Part shown: one piece after another, positions 28,236 to 41,364 of the stretch
Layout: each line of letters begins with the position of its first letter
Position numbering within the stretch: position 1 is the first letter of the stretch
From: Octopus vulgaris
Taxonomy: Eukaryota
NCBI GenBank assembly: GCA_951406725.2
Contig: OX597833.1
Location: forward strand, 36,332,001-36,396,000
Length of the DNA: 64,000 nt
Direction of reading: 5' to 3'
The notes under the pieces: generated by a model
The model's input: only the letters and a program-made list of their open reading frames with translations
Told to the model about the DNA's origin: nothing
Database searches by the model: none
Translations under genes and position numbers: made by a program

Positions 28236-29929
28236 GTCTTTCTTATGTACGGGTGGCCTACATTTGTAATATACAGAAATGGCTTCCAAACCAAATCTAC
28301 CACAATATACACCACAAGGAATTCTCAACAAACCAACAAAATTTTCATCAATTTTGAGATACTCATAATAGTAAACTATTTCACCTTGCAGTACTTACAA
28401 TAGAGAGTAATCCCACCTTTTGCAGATAAAGCGCGAAAGAGAGACAGAGAGACAGAGACAGAGAGACAGAGAGACAGAAAGACAGAGAGAGACAGAAAGA
28501 CAGAGACAGACAGACAGATAGACAGACAGAGTGTGCGTGTGCCTGTTTGTGTGTGTGTGCGCGCGCGTGTGTGTGAAAGAGAGAGAGAGAGGGAAAATAA
28601 AGGTACAGTAAGGTAAATACTAGTCCTTATAGGAAGAAGATATTTCATTTGAAAATGCAAATATAGCCTGGGGATATAGGATACCCAATGTGTAATTTGT
28701 TGGGTACAGTTCATGTAGTAACCTGCTTCCTGTGAGGTGACGTTTGATGCAGAGATATCCAGTAGTTGCTGCACATCAACTTCAACAATACCTTAAATCG
28801 AAGAGCGGATTCAAAATACATATTGTAAATAATTATATACGCAATATAATTCGATTAATACAATACATTAAAAATTAAAATTAGAATTAAAATGTTCACA
28901 CTGCATTACATAAATATTTTACAACAGTATATACGCATACTAAGCCATCAATATACATATATACATCAAAATACGCAGATGGTTATACACAGGCCACATA
29001 CATATGCAGACATATATATGTAAGACGTAAATATACACGTAGATACACATATACATATGTATGCAATCTTGCATACAAAAATCACTTGGTGTATACATAT
29101 AGACAAGAAGTAAAACGCAGAGAGGGGGAAAGAAAAAGAAAAAGGAATGATCTTATACGTAACAGTTAGCGGAGAAAGAGGTGAGTAAGAGAAGGGGAGA
29201 GGCGCGCAAAGTTAAAGGACTCTATACAAGTAACGAATAGGAGAGAAAAAATACTTTTCCGTAAGGAAGGAAAATGAAGAAGGAAAGAAAGATAGAAGGC
29301 TGAATATGTGTAACGAACGTACACAAAATAAAATTACGTATATATGTGTATATAAAAGTGTATATTAGCAATAAATACACATATAAGAACACATATATAA
29401 ATATATGGAAATAAGTATGTAAATACACATCCACACAAATCCAAGTGAATACATGCATGCATATACATCCATGTATGTATGTGCACAAGTATAAACATAC
29501 ACGCTTACCTATACATATACATAGGCGCATACATACGAATACATATGCATGCCAACAATACGAACATCCACATAAAAACGTCTAGGTCCTGACGTATATA
29601 TACAAACAACATTATTTTTTAAAAACTGCTGAGTGCATAATAATAAAATTCGGATAAAAGACATGCAAAATAGAACATCCTAAATCGAATTATCAATAAA
29701 CTGAACGATTAAAATGGGTTTATAAAATACAATAAAATGAAATAAAATAAAAGTAGAATTTTAAAGAAGAAAATAATATTTGCATATAACAGTCAAAGGT
29801 TTTCCTTAAGAAATATGTCGAAATATATACAATAACTTTGGGATGCGAAATAAATCATTTATAATAAGAAAAAAATCCAAAAGAGTGATTAAAAACTAGT
29901 CCAGTAATCAAAAATATACAATATCCATA

Positions 29930-30178
29930 TGGTATATTGCTAGCCGACATTTAAATTTAGCTGCGAGTCTGCAGGAATTCAAGAGTTCGCGTCTTTGATT
30001 TAAAGAGGTATTGTCCTGGGATAAAATGCAATATTTTTCCAGGAGGCATAAATCACATTTGATGGGTCTTTTATGTTCTCCGTGCCTGTAATGTGCTGCC
30101 CAATCCAAAATACTCCATGTCACGTTGAAAGATCGGGCTTCTTTACTTTTAATTCCCAGACATATTTTGCCAGACAAC
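29930..30178 (-). pseudogene. Penelope-like element GIY-YIG endonuclease C-terminal fragment
   Basis: LAKYVWELK / FNVTWSILD..KCDLCLLEKYCIL..SLNQRRELLNSCR..KF across one frameshift. Confidence 0.82.
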
Positions 30179-30643
30179 CACAACAGGTCACTTTTAGGTC
30201 ACTTGACCATTTAAGAGGACTCCACCAGCATCCTACTACTGTCATATCACTCCCCCGTTTTCTTCTTCTTCTTCTTCTTCTTCTTCTTCTTCTTCTTCTT
30301 CTTCTTCTTCTTCTTCTTCTTCTTCTTCTTCTTCTTCGCCTCCTTCCTCAGCTACTACTGCTGCTTAAACAATCAAAACCAAGAACTCTTATCAAATATT
30401 CTTTTAGGACTGCTACTACCTACTACCTGCTACCAAGCTATCAGAAGAGTAAAAAAGAGAGACAGACAGAAATAAAGGAAAATGTCCCTTGCATTTGCAA
30501 ACTATGGAATTATTTTAAAAAATAACATTTCATTTAGTTTTTCTAATTTTCCGGTACTAAAAAGTTCTTCATGATAAAATTATTTTAGCATTTTCTACCT
30601 TGTCTTACTTTCCTTATACACACATACACACACACGCATATAT

Positions 30644-30719
<76 letters not shown>

Positions 30720-30741
30720 TATATACATACATTTATATATA

Positions 30742-30779
<38 letters not shown>

Positions 30780-30807
30780 CATATATATACTCGCACTATG
30801 TCTTCTG

Positions 30808-30857
<50 letters not shown>

Positions 30858-30876
30858 CCCTATAAAAGACATATAA

Positions 30877-30921
<45 letters not shown>

Positions 30922-30962
30922 CATATATAATACATATACACACATACATATATATATATATA

Positions 30963-31190
30963 TACTCTTTACTCTTACTTGTTTCAGTCATTTGACTGCG
31001 GCCATGCTGGAGCGCCGCCTTTAGTCGAGAAGATCGACCCCAGGATTCATTCTTTGTAAGCCTAGTACTTATTTTATCGGTCTCTTTTGCCGAACCGCTA
31101 GATTTCGGAGACGTAAACACACCACCATCGGTTGTCAAGCGATGTTGGGGGGGACAAACACAGACACACACAAACACACACACGCACACA
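30963..31190 (-). mobile_element. SINE family A, 3' half
   Basis: Tail and body match the other copies. Confidence 0.88.
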
Positions 31191-31996
31191 TACTGTGCTA
31201 TTCTTTTTGTCCTGTCTTTTACTGATGTTACTTGTATTGTTTTTACTGTCTTGCTTTGATCTTACTATCCTGTTCTTGTTACCACTTTTACCTATCCGCA
31301 AAAAATCCCAAATTTTATTTAATTTCCTTTTGCGAGAAGGATTGTTTCAATGAAGTCGCGTTTTGTCCTTACCTTCGGAACGTGGAGTAGACGAAACAGA
31401 GAAAACTGAAGAAGGGGAATATTCCTTGTGTTGTATGTTTTTTCGTTATTTATGTCTGTATTTATATACATATTTATGACTCTACAAGTGCTATAAGTAT
31501 ATCGACCAGACCTAGTGAATCCCACCACAGAATCTGTGACTCCTCACCAAGTGGAGTCGTATGTCTAGCCACTTTCAGACACCGACTTAATCAATATCTA
31601 TTTAATTCACTGTGGGAACTAAACCACGTGTGCGTATGATTACATCTTCGTGTAAATTTGAGCGAGTGAGTGTACGTGCGCCTAAGGATGCAAGCGAGGT
31701 GGTTCTACGTAACTATCTACTAAGGGTTATATCTAATACATTTTTCGCTGTATTGTGTATTTGGTTCACGGTTCTATATTTAAGATGTTGTTCATCTTGT
31801 TCTAAACAAGATGAGGACAAATATCCGTCGAATGTAAATAATGTAAATAATGTGTATTTGCTTGTTTTTGCATCTGATGTTTGTTATTGATCTTCTATAA
31901 TAATGAAGCTGTATCATTTAATTCACTGCTTCTGTATACACATACTGAGAAGAATTCTTGCGGAACAGACGTTATTTTAACGAGATACATCTTGTA

Positions 31997-32102
31997 ATCA
32001 CCTGAGGAGACACATCTATACCGACAGATACACCTAAACCAGTTGTTCAGGATCCCACCCGTGAGGGATCGATGCTAGATGGGTCGAAACAATTGGAGTG
32101 AT
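31997..32102 (+). ncRNA. Type I hammerhead ribozyme with mutated cleavage triplet
   Basis: ATCAC-CTGAGGA-GACACATCTA..TAGATGGGTC-GAAAC-AATT-GGA-GTGAT, then AATAAA at 32104. Confidence 0.7.
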
Positions 32103-32157
32103 CAATAAACTTTCTTGTATCTTGTATCTTCCATCTTTCTCATTAATCAAATATGTA

Positions 32158-32358
32158 CAGTCCACCCCAAAAATGTATGCACACTTCAGGAAAGGAAAAA
32201 TCTGTATAAATATTTTAATTCAGTGTTATTGAAATTTATTCAGTCTTATCACAATTTTTGATAAAACTTTGAAAGAGGTACTTATGTTTATAGGGGTGCG
32301 TACAAGTTAAATATTTATAGATTTTTTTCTTTTCCTGAAGTGTTTATACATTTTTGGG

Positions 32359-32365
<7 letters not shown>
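32158..32365. mobile_element. Tc1/mariner-type MITE
   Basis: ~55-bp imperfect TIRs (CAGTCCACCCCAAAAATGTATGCACACTTCAGGAAAGG..), TA on both sides. Confidence 0.8.
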
Positions 32366-32404
<39 letters not shown>

Positions 32405-32883
32405 AATTTTCTTTCAAAAAACACAGATAGCGTAAAAATGCTCAAGTCGAACCCGAGGCGCTAGACAAGTATAATAGGTACAAAAGAAAAGGTTCAAATC
32501 AGACAGACTACAATTAATACATATATATACGGGTTAACCTACACAATACCAAAATATCCTCGGCAGCACCAAATGTCCTATACAGTATTTCAATTGTCCT
32601 GTACTATGCGTCAACTAATTTGTATAAATTATGAATGTGTTAAAGTGTCTCTACTAAGTGTTCGGTACACTGACTTTTCTACACTGGGGCCTTGAAGGGC
32701 CGTCAGTATCGTGCGCTGTATAACAAGTGTTCTGCACAATGTATCATTTGTTTTGTACAATGTGTCAGCTGTTCTGAATGATGTTTCAGTTCCCTTACTC
32801 ATTGTCTCGATTCTTCTTCTGTCTTTCATTTCTTCAACATAGTACGTCGACAGCTTTAGATAGACAGACAAACAGACAGACAG

Positions 32884-32978
<95 letters not shown>

Positions 32979-33268
32979 TGTATATGTGCACGTCTTGTGT
33001 CTGTGGTTTTTCTTTTGCGTTCTTGTGCTTTTTTTTTCTCACTACTTGATAGTTGGTGTTGGTTTGTTTACGTTTCCTTAACTCAGCGGTTCGGCCAAAA
33101 GAGACTGATGCTTTAGGACCAGGCTTTAAAATTAATATTGATTACTAAACCCTTCAAGATGCTCTATTACGGCAGAAAATGAATGAAAACACCCTGTCTT
33201 TTGTCATGCTTCAAAAATTCTTCCACGTCAGTCATTTTAAACGTAATTTATTCCAACATTGTTCAAAG

Positions 33269-33484
33269 CAGTGGTTCTCAGCTCATCCACATGACCCTTA
33301 CAGGTTTATACGCAATAAATTTAGTATACTTTTACCATACACAAAAATATAAATTTTTTTTTATACAATTCCTCATAATATAAAAATATAAAAATATAAA
33401 ATAATTTTTTAAATATGGAATGGTTATGAGGGTCCACCTAAGTAAAATAGGAATCAACGAGCAGGAAATAACTAAGAACCACTG
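33269..33484. mobile_element. hAT-type MITE
   Basis: TIR CAGTGGTTCT / AGAACCACTG; 8-bp TSD GTTCAAAG / GTTCACAG (7 of 8). Confidence 0.8.
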
Positions 33485-33544
33485 GTTCACAGTGATAAAC
33501 AGCGATCTTAATAGCAGACCGTTCGAATTAATTACAGACTGGAC

Positions 33545-33740
33545 TTTTCTTTAGGGCTAATTTTCGTAGCGTTCTACATAGTCACAACAGAAAACAATGT
33601 GGTGCCAAGACATAAACATACTATATACAGTAGGCAGGTGGAGAACATACTCGACGTAATTGACTCTCCGAAGGCGTCGGGGATACTTAGAAAACAACCC
33701 CGTACTAAAATTCAACACCAAAACCAGTGAGTCCTAGTAA
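33545..33740 (+). pseudogene. Heavily decayed Penelope-like RT core fragment
   Basis: LGLIFVAFYIVTTENNVV..HTIYSRQVENIL resembles PLG..FANFYM..EN....P.IY.RYVDDIF. Confidence 0.5.
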
Positions 33741-33910
33741 GACGTCAGCATTCAAAAGAAAATAACAGATACATCATGTTTGCACCTTACTAAAGAGACA
33801 GCAAATATCCACACAAATTCAAAATGTCAGTGGAGGAATTCCAACTTAGAAAGCAATTTAGATTCCCCTTTAGAAACGAAGCGCGGATGAAAGCAAAAGC
33901 TAAACAACAA

Positions 33911-34180
33911 AAGTTGAAGTTATAAACTTCACGAGCCCAACTGTTTTATGATCCATACAAGTACGACATTCTTCCGCAGACTCACTATGCACTTACAACA
34001 ATGCAATGAACTACATCACAGATTAAAACAAAAAAACTAAACAACAAAGGATGTTTACGAATTCGATTTCAAATGTTAGAGTTGTAAATTTCACGAGTCC
34101 AACTGTTATATTAACTATACACATACGACATTCTCCAGGAGGCTCACGATACTCTTACAACAATGCAATGAACTACATCA
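33911..34180. repeat. Diverged direct repeat (~108-bp units, 162-bp period)
   Basis: TTCACGAG.CCAACTGTT..TACGACATTCT..CTTACAACAATGCAATGAACTACATCA occurs twice. Confidence 0.85.
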
Positions 34181-36092
34181 TGTAATCCCAACCACACAAC
34201 TTAGGAAACATTAATGAATAATGCATGTATACTATAATACAGTGTTCCTAATAAAAATTGATTATTAATGATGGAAGAAAAATCATAGCATATTATTAAA
34301 ATAACCACACAGATACAACAGATTTGTAGAAAGATATATTGTTGACTGAAGATGAATACATTTAAAGCTCAAAATTCAACTTCCTGCAGTGATGCTTACA
34401 CCAATTATATTAGCTCTGCCTTATTCTGAGGATGAGATTATGAAGGACAAGGAATACTAAAGATGAATTTCGGAAGTCTACTATTCCAAATAAGGAATAT
34501 ATACATATAAGTATGTAAGCATGTTTGTGTGTATGCATGCATACATGTATGTACCCCTATTAGTATTTTTATATCCTCATAGGCACATACTCGCATACTC
34601 GTATGCGTATACAATTTCCAGCCGGCATTCCCCACCGTCGACACATCACACACAAACATCCCTCGAACGACTAACACCAAAAATACAAAAAAGAGATTAT
34701 ATAAAATATAGAACAGAAAATATAGCAACAGCTGTAACTCTACCGGTACCACCTCACCACCATCACTGCAGCCAGCGTCGCTTTAAATACCACAGACATT
34801 ACTTATATGAGCTGAAAGAGGAAGCTTCTAAATGGTCACGCGACCTACTAGAAAAAAAAAGAAGAAGGAACAGCCATTTAACCCTCAAAATACTCTCTAC
34901 CACATAAAGGACGAAAAGACAGATCGGGCGGTGTATTAAGTGTACGAGTGCACTGCTTATAAATGAATTGAAATTGTCAAGGCTAGGAGGCCATTGTGGT
35001 CGTAGGTCAGCTCAATCAGGACAAACCCGCGGCTAAATAACAACCATCACTAGTAATATAGCTAGTATTAATACAACCACTGGTATTATGTCCACCACTA
35101 CCAATGCTGCTAACATTACTAATTACTACCGCCAATACACCACCTGTGAATTTGAATATAATCACCATTGCCACTACAACTAATACTGTGATCACAACCA
35201 TTATTTGTTACCACCGCCACTAGTACATACCCAAGCATCTCTTCCATCACCACGGACGGCACCAAATAACTATTAGAACAACGATTACATCCTGCAGAAA
35301 CTCTACCACCGCCATCAACAGGCTGTAGAATCACGACGACAGCCACCACCGCCACCACCACCATCACCAACAACTAATACGATCCATAACCACTACAGAT
35401 AACACCAGTACCAACACCAATACCACCGCCAAAAAAAAAAAAGAGAAAAAAAACCCCATCACAGCCTCCACCACCGAAACCATCACCGTCCCGACACCAC
35501 CGACGCCACCGTCACCACCATCACCACCACCACCACCACCATATCCACAATGGCCGGTACACAACCACAGTCTGCTTACTACAGCTCATATCTATACATC
35601 CTGTACAAACTGACTGGAATGTCACTGACCCGGTTCTGTGTACTCTTACGGCAAATGGAAGGGAAAAAAAAGAACATACATAAATACATAAATACACACA
35701 CAGACACACACAGACACACACACACATACACACACACACACACACACACGCATGCACACTCACACACACGCAGACAGACAGGCAGACACACGCACACACA
35801 AACACACACATAAGCAAACACACGCTTACCTATATGTATATATATATACGTAGGCATGTATGTATAGTGTTTGGGTATGCATATATATGTATGTATATAT
35901 GTATGTATGTATGTGTGTGTGTATGTGTGTAAGTATGCATATATATGTATGTGTGTGTATGTATATACGTACGTATAAATGTATACATGAACGGAGCAAA
36001 CTAAACTAACACTACTACTACTACTACTACTACTACCACTACTACCACTACTACTACTACTACTACTCCTACTACTACTGCTGCTGCTGCTG

Positions 36093-36140
<48 letters not shown>

Positions 36141-36468
36141 TGACAGTTAGTTTCCTCTCTAAAAGTAGAAAAAGTAATTGTAGTAGAAGCACTTGCAGTT
36201 CTTCGTGATGTAATAATAGTGAAAATGGTTTCGATACTTTATGTGCCACAAGGGCCCGAAGCGAAGAACATAACGTCCCAACATGTCACTACTACGATGC
36301 AACAGACGACATGTGAATATATGCGCCAGAACCTCTCCCTAGACTTATAGACACTTTGGACACGTAAATGTGCGTTATATACAGCCACGTATGAATGTGT
36401 GTATAGATCAGTGTGTAGGTCTACTCATTCACACACCCACGCACACACACTGGTATTGTGTATGTGAG

Positions 36469-36501
<33 letters not shown>

Positions 36502-36510
<9 letters not shown>

Positions 36511-36645
36511 GTAATTATACTCTCGTGCATGAGGATGCATGTACATACATATACACGCACGTATATATACTCATATAAATACACACACACATATATATAT
36601 ATATGTATATATGGTTATGTATCTTATATATGGTATGATATGATA

Positions 36646-36695
<50 letters not shown>

Positions 36696-36824
36696 TTATG
36701 TATATGCCATATAAAATATATAACCATATATATATATATGGATTTATATGAGTATATATACATGTGTGTACATATATATATATACATGTATACTCATGCA
36801 CAAGAGTATAATTACATATATGCA
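36502..36824. repeat. Fold-back inverted repeat centred on (TA)n
   Basis: GTAATTATACTCTCGTGCATGAG at 36511 versus CTCATGCACAAGAGTATAATTAC ending 36815; inner arms also match. Confidence 0.8.
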
Positions 36825-36851
36825 TATAAGCATGTATGTGTGTGTGTATGC

Positions 36852-36883
<32 letters not shown>

Positions 36884-36902
36884 TTATGTATGTATATGTA
36901 TG

Positions 36903-37021
<119 letters not shown>

Positions 37022-37221
37022 GTGTGCTTGTGTGCATTGTTGAAATGTGATTGTTTCTGTGAGTGGACGTATATATACATACATACGCACATAAACATGC
37101 ACACACACTAACATATATGTATCTATATACATGTGTGTGTGTATATGTGTGTGCGCGCGTGTACGTGTGAGCTTTATTGCATATATGTATATGTGTATAT
37201 ACATATATGGATATGCGTGTT

Positions 37222-37258
<37 letters not shown>

Positions 37259-37562
37259 GTATACATATATATACACACACACAATCACGTGGGGGTGTTT
37301 GCGTGGGGAGGGATTGTGTGTGTGTGCAGTAAATGATCCAGTTTATCATATCTTGTGAGGCAGTAAATTTCCCTGATGGTCTGTCTGTCAAAAGCTTCTC
37401 CATCTGTCCAAAGAGCACACAAGCGCGCGGTTGAACACGCATACACAACCGCACGCGCACAAACACGTATACACATACACGCGCATATAAACACATACGC
37501 ACACACATACAGACATGTGTGTGTATATATACATATTATATATATATATATATGTACATCTA

Positions 37563-37624
<62 letters not shown>

Positions 37625-38069
37625 GTATCTATATATGGATTTGTAGTTAAAAAAACAAAAGATGTTAAATAAATGACTCAGTACTGGAGTAGAGTACAGA
37701 TGTTTATGAAACAGGATGACTGGTGACTTCGAAGAGTATTTATGTGTGTATGTGTGTGTGTGCGCCCACGTATGTGAGTATGTGCATATGTGTGTAAGTT
37801 CCTTTGCGTCCATGTGACACATTGGTGTAGTACATGCCCCAGCTAGTTTAGTTTTCCTTATATGTAAGAAGAAAAAAATCTAAGAAACATACCCGACCAG
37901 TCTTGCAATAAAACCTTACAGAGAAGATAGCTGATTAATCTCTACAATCATAAATGAATGTGAATTGCTCACATTTAGAAAAAAAGAACACTAAAAAAAT
38001 GTTGTTAACCTCAAAACAACTCTTTGAACCAACATATCTACAGTAAATCTCTATATAAAACAAAATAGT

Positions 38070-38345
38070 ATTCATATAGAAAACCGAATGAACTATCATT
38101 ATTTATAAACAAGCATTCCAACGACGCTCAGTATCAAAATACCTAGTCAGAAAGATAAGCCAGATAAATCTCCACAATCATTTTCTGACATAGCGATATT
38201 CTAGCAAGCAGTACCCTTCAATAACGGAATAAAATTGGGTGATTCAAAGAAAATATTACGAGTCTTACCCAAATCACACACAAAGAAAAAGGAAGAATCC
38301 AGAGGAAGTGACATCATCTGGTTCAACCTGCCTTTTTCCCTAACT
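38070..38345 (+). pseudogene. Penelope-like RT thumb/linker fragment
   Basis: SYRKPNELSLFINKHSN ... RSRGSDIIWFNLPFS, matching YRKPN..YIN..SNHP and IIWFNPP[FY]S. Confidence 0.8.
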
Positions 38346-39237
38346 ACAGTGACATGTATGGCAAAAAAAAGTCTTCTGTTATACTAATTATAAACATATC
38401 ATGAGATTCAACGAAGAGATTAGATAAACCAAATACATATAATTAACAAAGTTTTCAGAAACCTGTATCCTATAACCGATCCTATAACCGAAATGGATCA
38501 AAGCAGTTTACATTATGTTGAAATTGTCTAAAACGGAAGTAACCTGCAAGACTGACCGAGGAAAAAAGTAATACAAAGAATTGTCTATAGACTCATACAC
38601 ACCCTTCTAGTCATATTTCGACTATCTGAAACTTTCTCATTCAATTGCATATTATACTGTACATTTAAAGTCAGATATAAACGATACACGTTTCGAATTA
38701 TATGCAGAAAAAACGTAACGTCTCAGTTGAAGCTCGGTTGGGAGCAAAGGGAGAAAACTATGAATATAAACTGGGCAATAATAGACATTATTGCATACAT
38801 GTGAGTGAGAACACTTTGAGATATTTTTGGTATCTAACATATGTCAGATACTGCGAGCGCTGCTTCTGATTGGTCAATCCATGGTGATGACCCGAGGTCA
38901 CGGTGACGGCACTACTTTTGTCATTCATAAGTTACAACTAAACTTCATTCATTACTTTCACGAGCAGGTAGAATGTAGCCATGTAATTAAACAAACATAC
39001 TATCTTTTTTATACCAGATATCACTTCAAGTCATATACACATAAAATATAAACATTTCTGGTGGTAATTCAATTTTTTGTTGCCAAAAAAATCACAACAT
39101 ATTTCGTCTGCTCGTCGATACTCTTGCAGTGCAGGTAGATCTATCAACAAGATGGCTACTGTTGTCGATATCAAGGTGAATGATTTTGTTAAGATTGATG
39201 GTAAAAATATGGTCGTTTATTCGTGTGTAATAAATAA

Positions 39238-39341
39238 AATACCAAACTCATTCCCTATGGATACCGTATTTATTACAAAGATACGTTTACAAGCCACTCG
39301 TTGTAATAAATACGGTATCCATAGGGAACTCGTTTGGTATT
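39238..39341. repeat. Hairpin with 41-bp arms (28 bp perfect) and 22-nt loop
   Basis: TTCCCTATGGATACCGTATTTATTACAA / TTGTAATAAATACGGTATCCATAGGGAA. Confidence 0.92.
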
Positions 39342-40140
39342 CTCTATGTGTCATCGCTTATGTAAATAGTTTCAAAACACAATCGCTTGTGCATCAGGGA
39401 AAGTATAACGGAATAACGGAATAACGAAACAAAGTATGCCTGCTCAACAGAACCAATGAGAATGTGCCGCGATGAGGACACCAGGATAAATTCATTTTTA
39501 TAAGTTTTTCTGAATTACAAACAGATCCAACCCCATAACGGAAGTGAAAATTGCAAGAGCGGCACAGTAGTACCGGTTTTTACAGACAAGCGATTTACAA
39601 ACAAAGTAACCAATAAAAAAACAGAACGACTATTTAGAGAGAACCGGATCTAATTGAAAAACAAGCTGGAAATGAAACAAGATTCTCCAACACCAAATAT
39701 ACAAACTAGTACAGACGTCAAAAGAATAACAATTTAGTTAAACCGGATAGTAATGAAATCGACCAATAGAAAAGCAAAACAACCAAGGAACTGGCTAATC
39801 AAAAACAGGAGCACGATACTACTACTACGACTACTACTACTACTATTACAACGACAACAACAACAACAACAAAGACAATAGTAATGGTTTCGAATTTTGA
39901 CACAATGCCAGCAATTTTAGGGAAGGAGTAAATCTAAGTAGTCGGCTCCGGAGCTCAACTGGTGCTTATTTTCTCGACTTTAAAAAAAAAAAAAAAAAAT
40001 GAACGAACTACTGAGTTTGGTTTAATGGCCTACCAATGTATACTATGAGTTTCTTTGCCCTAGGAGTCGGGAAGACACTCGGCAAGAAATGGAAGCAAAT
40101 TTGAAAGAAGAAGAAAAAAGTAATAATAATAATAATAATA

Positions 40141-40453
40141 TTGAGAGGGATTCTTTGGGGTTTGAATAGTTCACCTCTGGAAGCATGAGTGGTTCTTTCA
40201 ACATCCTTAAACAACCCTTATTCAGGGACCGTTTGAGCGGGATGGGCTACTCAACCTGAAGAAAATTCTAACTGGGCCCCACCTGCAAGGTCATGTGCTG
40301 TTTATCTTGATATGAGATCACCATTTCGCGCACATATGGTTGTGATGCATGTACCTGGTGTACCTTTATCAGACGGGTAGTCATGATGGGTATATTGGGC
40401 TTCGTATATTTTACCCCAGTGTCACTTTGATTGCATGCACTGCTCTCTCACTC
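40141..40453 (+). mobile_element. Shorter copy of the (TAA)n-associated repeat
   Basis: Aligns to 25864-26177; (AAT)n on both sides. Confidence 0.8.
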
Positions 40454-40515
<62 letters not shown>

Positions 40516-40518
40516 GTG

Positions 40519-40862
40519 CAAGAGCACTCAGAGAGCGCAAACCTCCGCACAGGCAATACCAACGTCCTCTCAACGATTAGCCAGAAATAATTTTTAAAAT
40601 GCTCTCACAAACGAGAATACTAAAAATGAACCCGACCGCTCTCAAAAATTAAGTTAAAAAAACCGAAAAAATAATCCAGAATCCTTGTCCGGTACCAGAT
40701 CGATCCCAAAATCTAATCAGTTCATGCCAGTCACGAGGCTAAACATCCCTGAAAGTTTCATCCTAATCCATCCAGCGGTTCTTGAGATATCTTATCCACA
40801 GACACACAAGCAAACAAACACGACTGAAAACAATACCTCCGCCTTCACTAAGGTGGAGGTAA
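40519..40862. mobile_element. Helentron/Helitron2-like non-autonomous element
   Basis: Subterminal ACCTCCGC at 40541 and terminal hairpin TACCTCCGCCTT-cact-AAGGTGGAGGTA at 40834-40861; class assignment from recall. Confidence 0.55.
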
Positions 40863-40988
40863 AAATCCATTCTACTGTTGGTATAACGCCTGAAATTTGT
40901 AGGGAGGGGAATAGTCGATTACATCACCTCCAATGTTTCACTGGTACTTAATTTATCGACCCCGAAGGGATGACAAGCAAAGTCGGAA

Positions 40989-41321
40989 TTTAATCAAATT
41001 AGGATACATTAGTATAATTTTACCTAAAATCTCCAAGGGGATAAGGATATAGACAAAGAACATGTTTTACCAACATCCCAGTTGTAACTGAAATTGTTTT
41101 CAAGAAGACACTGTCTGTCACTGATTTTTCTGTTATTCTGGGTATTTTTTTACGGGGTCAATTTTAATTCATAGACTAGTTTATCAAATCCTTTGTATAT
41201 TTAAGGGTGTTAACAAGCTAAATATACTTCACCGCAGTATTAGTAATTAAACTATTTTACCCCTTTTCTATGATGTTCTGCCCGTGATTATTTTATTTTA
41301 TTTTATTTTTAAAATTAGCCT

Positions 41322-41364
<43 letters not shown>

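Noticed and set aside
28600-28800. Possible exon in ORF 28376-28774 (QQLLDISASNVTSQEAGYY)
   Set aside because: No recognisable family or convincing splice donor; ORF runs into microsatellite
31400-31435. CTGAAGA-AGGGGAATATTCCTT hammerhead-like start
   Set aside because: Hairpin is followed by GTGT, not GAAA
27835-34180. CRISPR-like or other prokaryotic repeat-spacer arrays
   Set aside because: Repeats are degenerate tandem units or a two-copy duplication without unique spacers; context is eukaryotic
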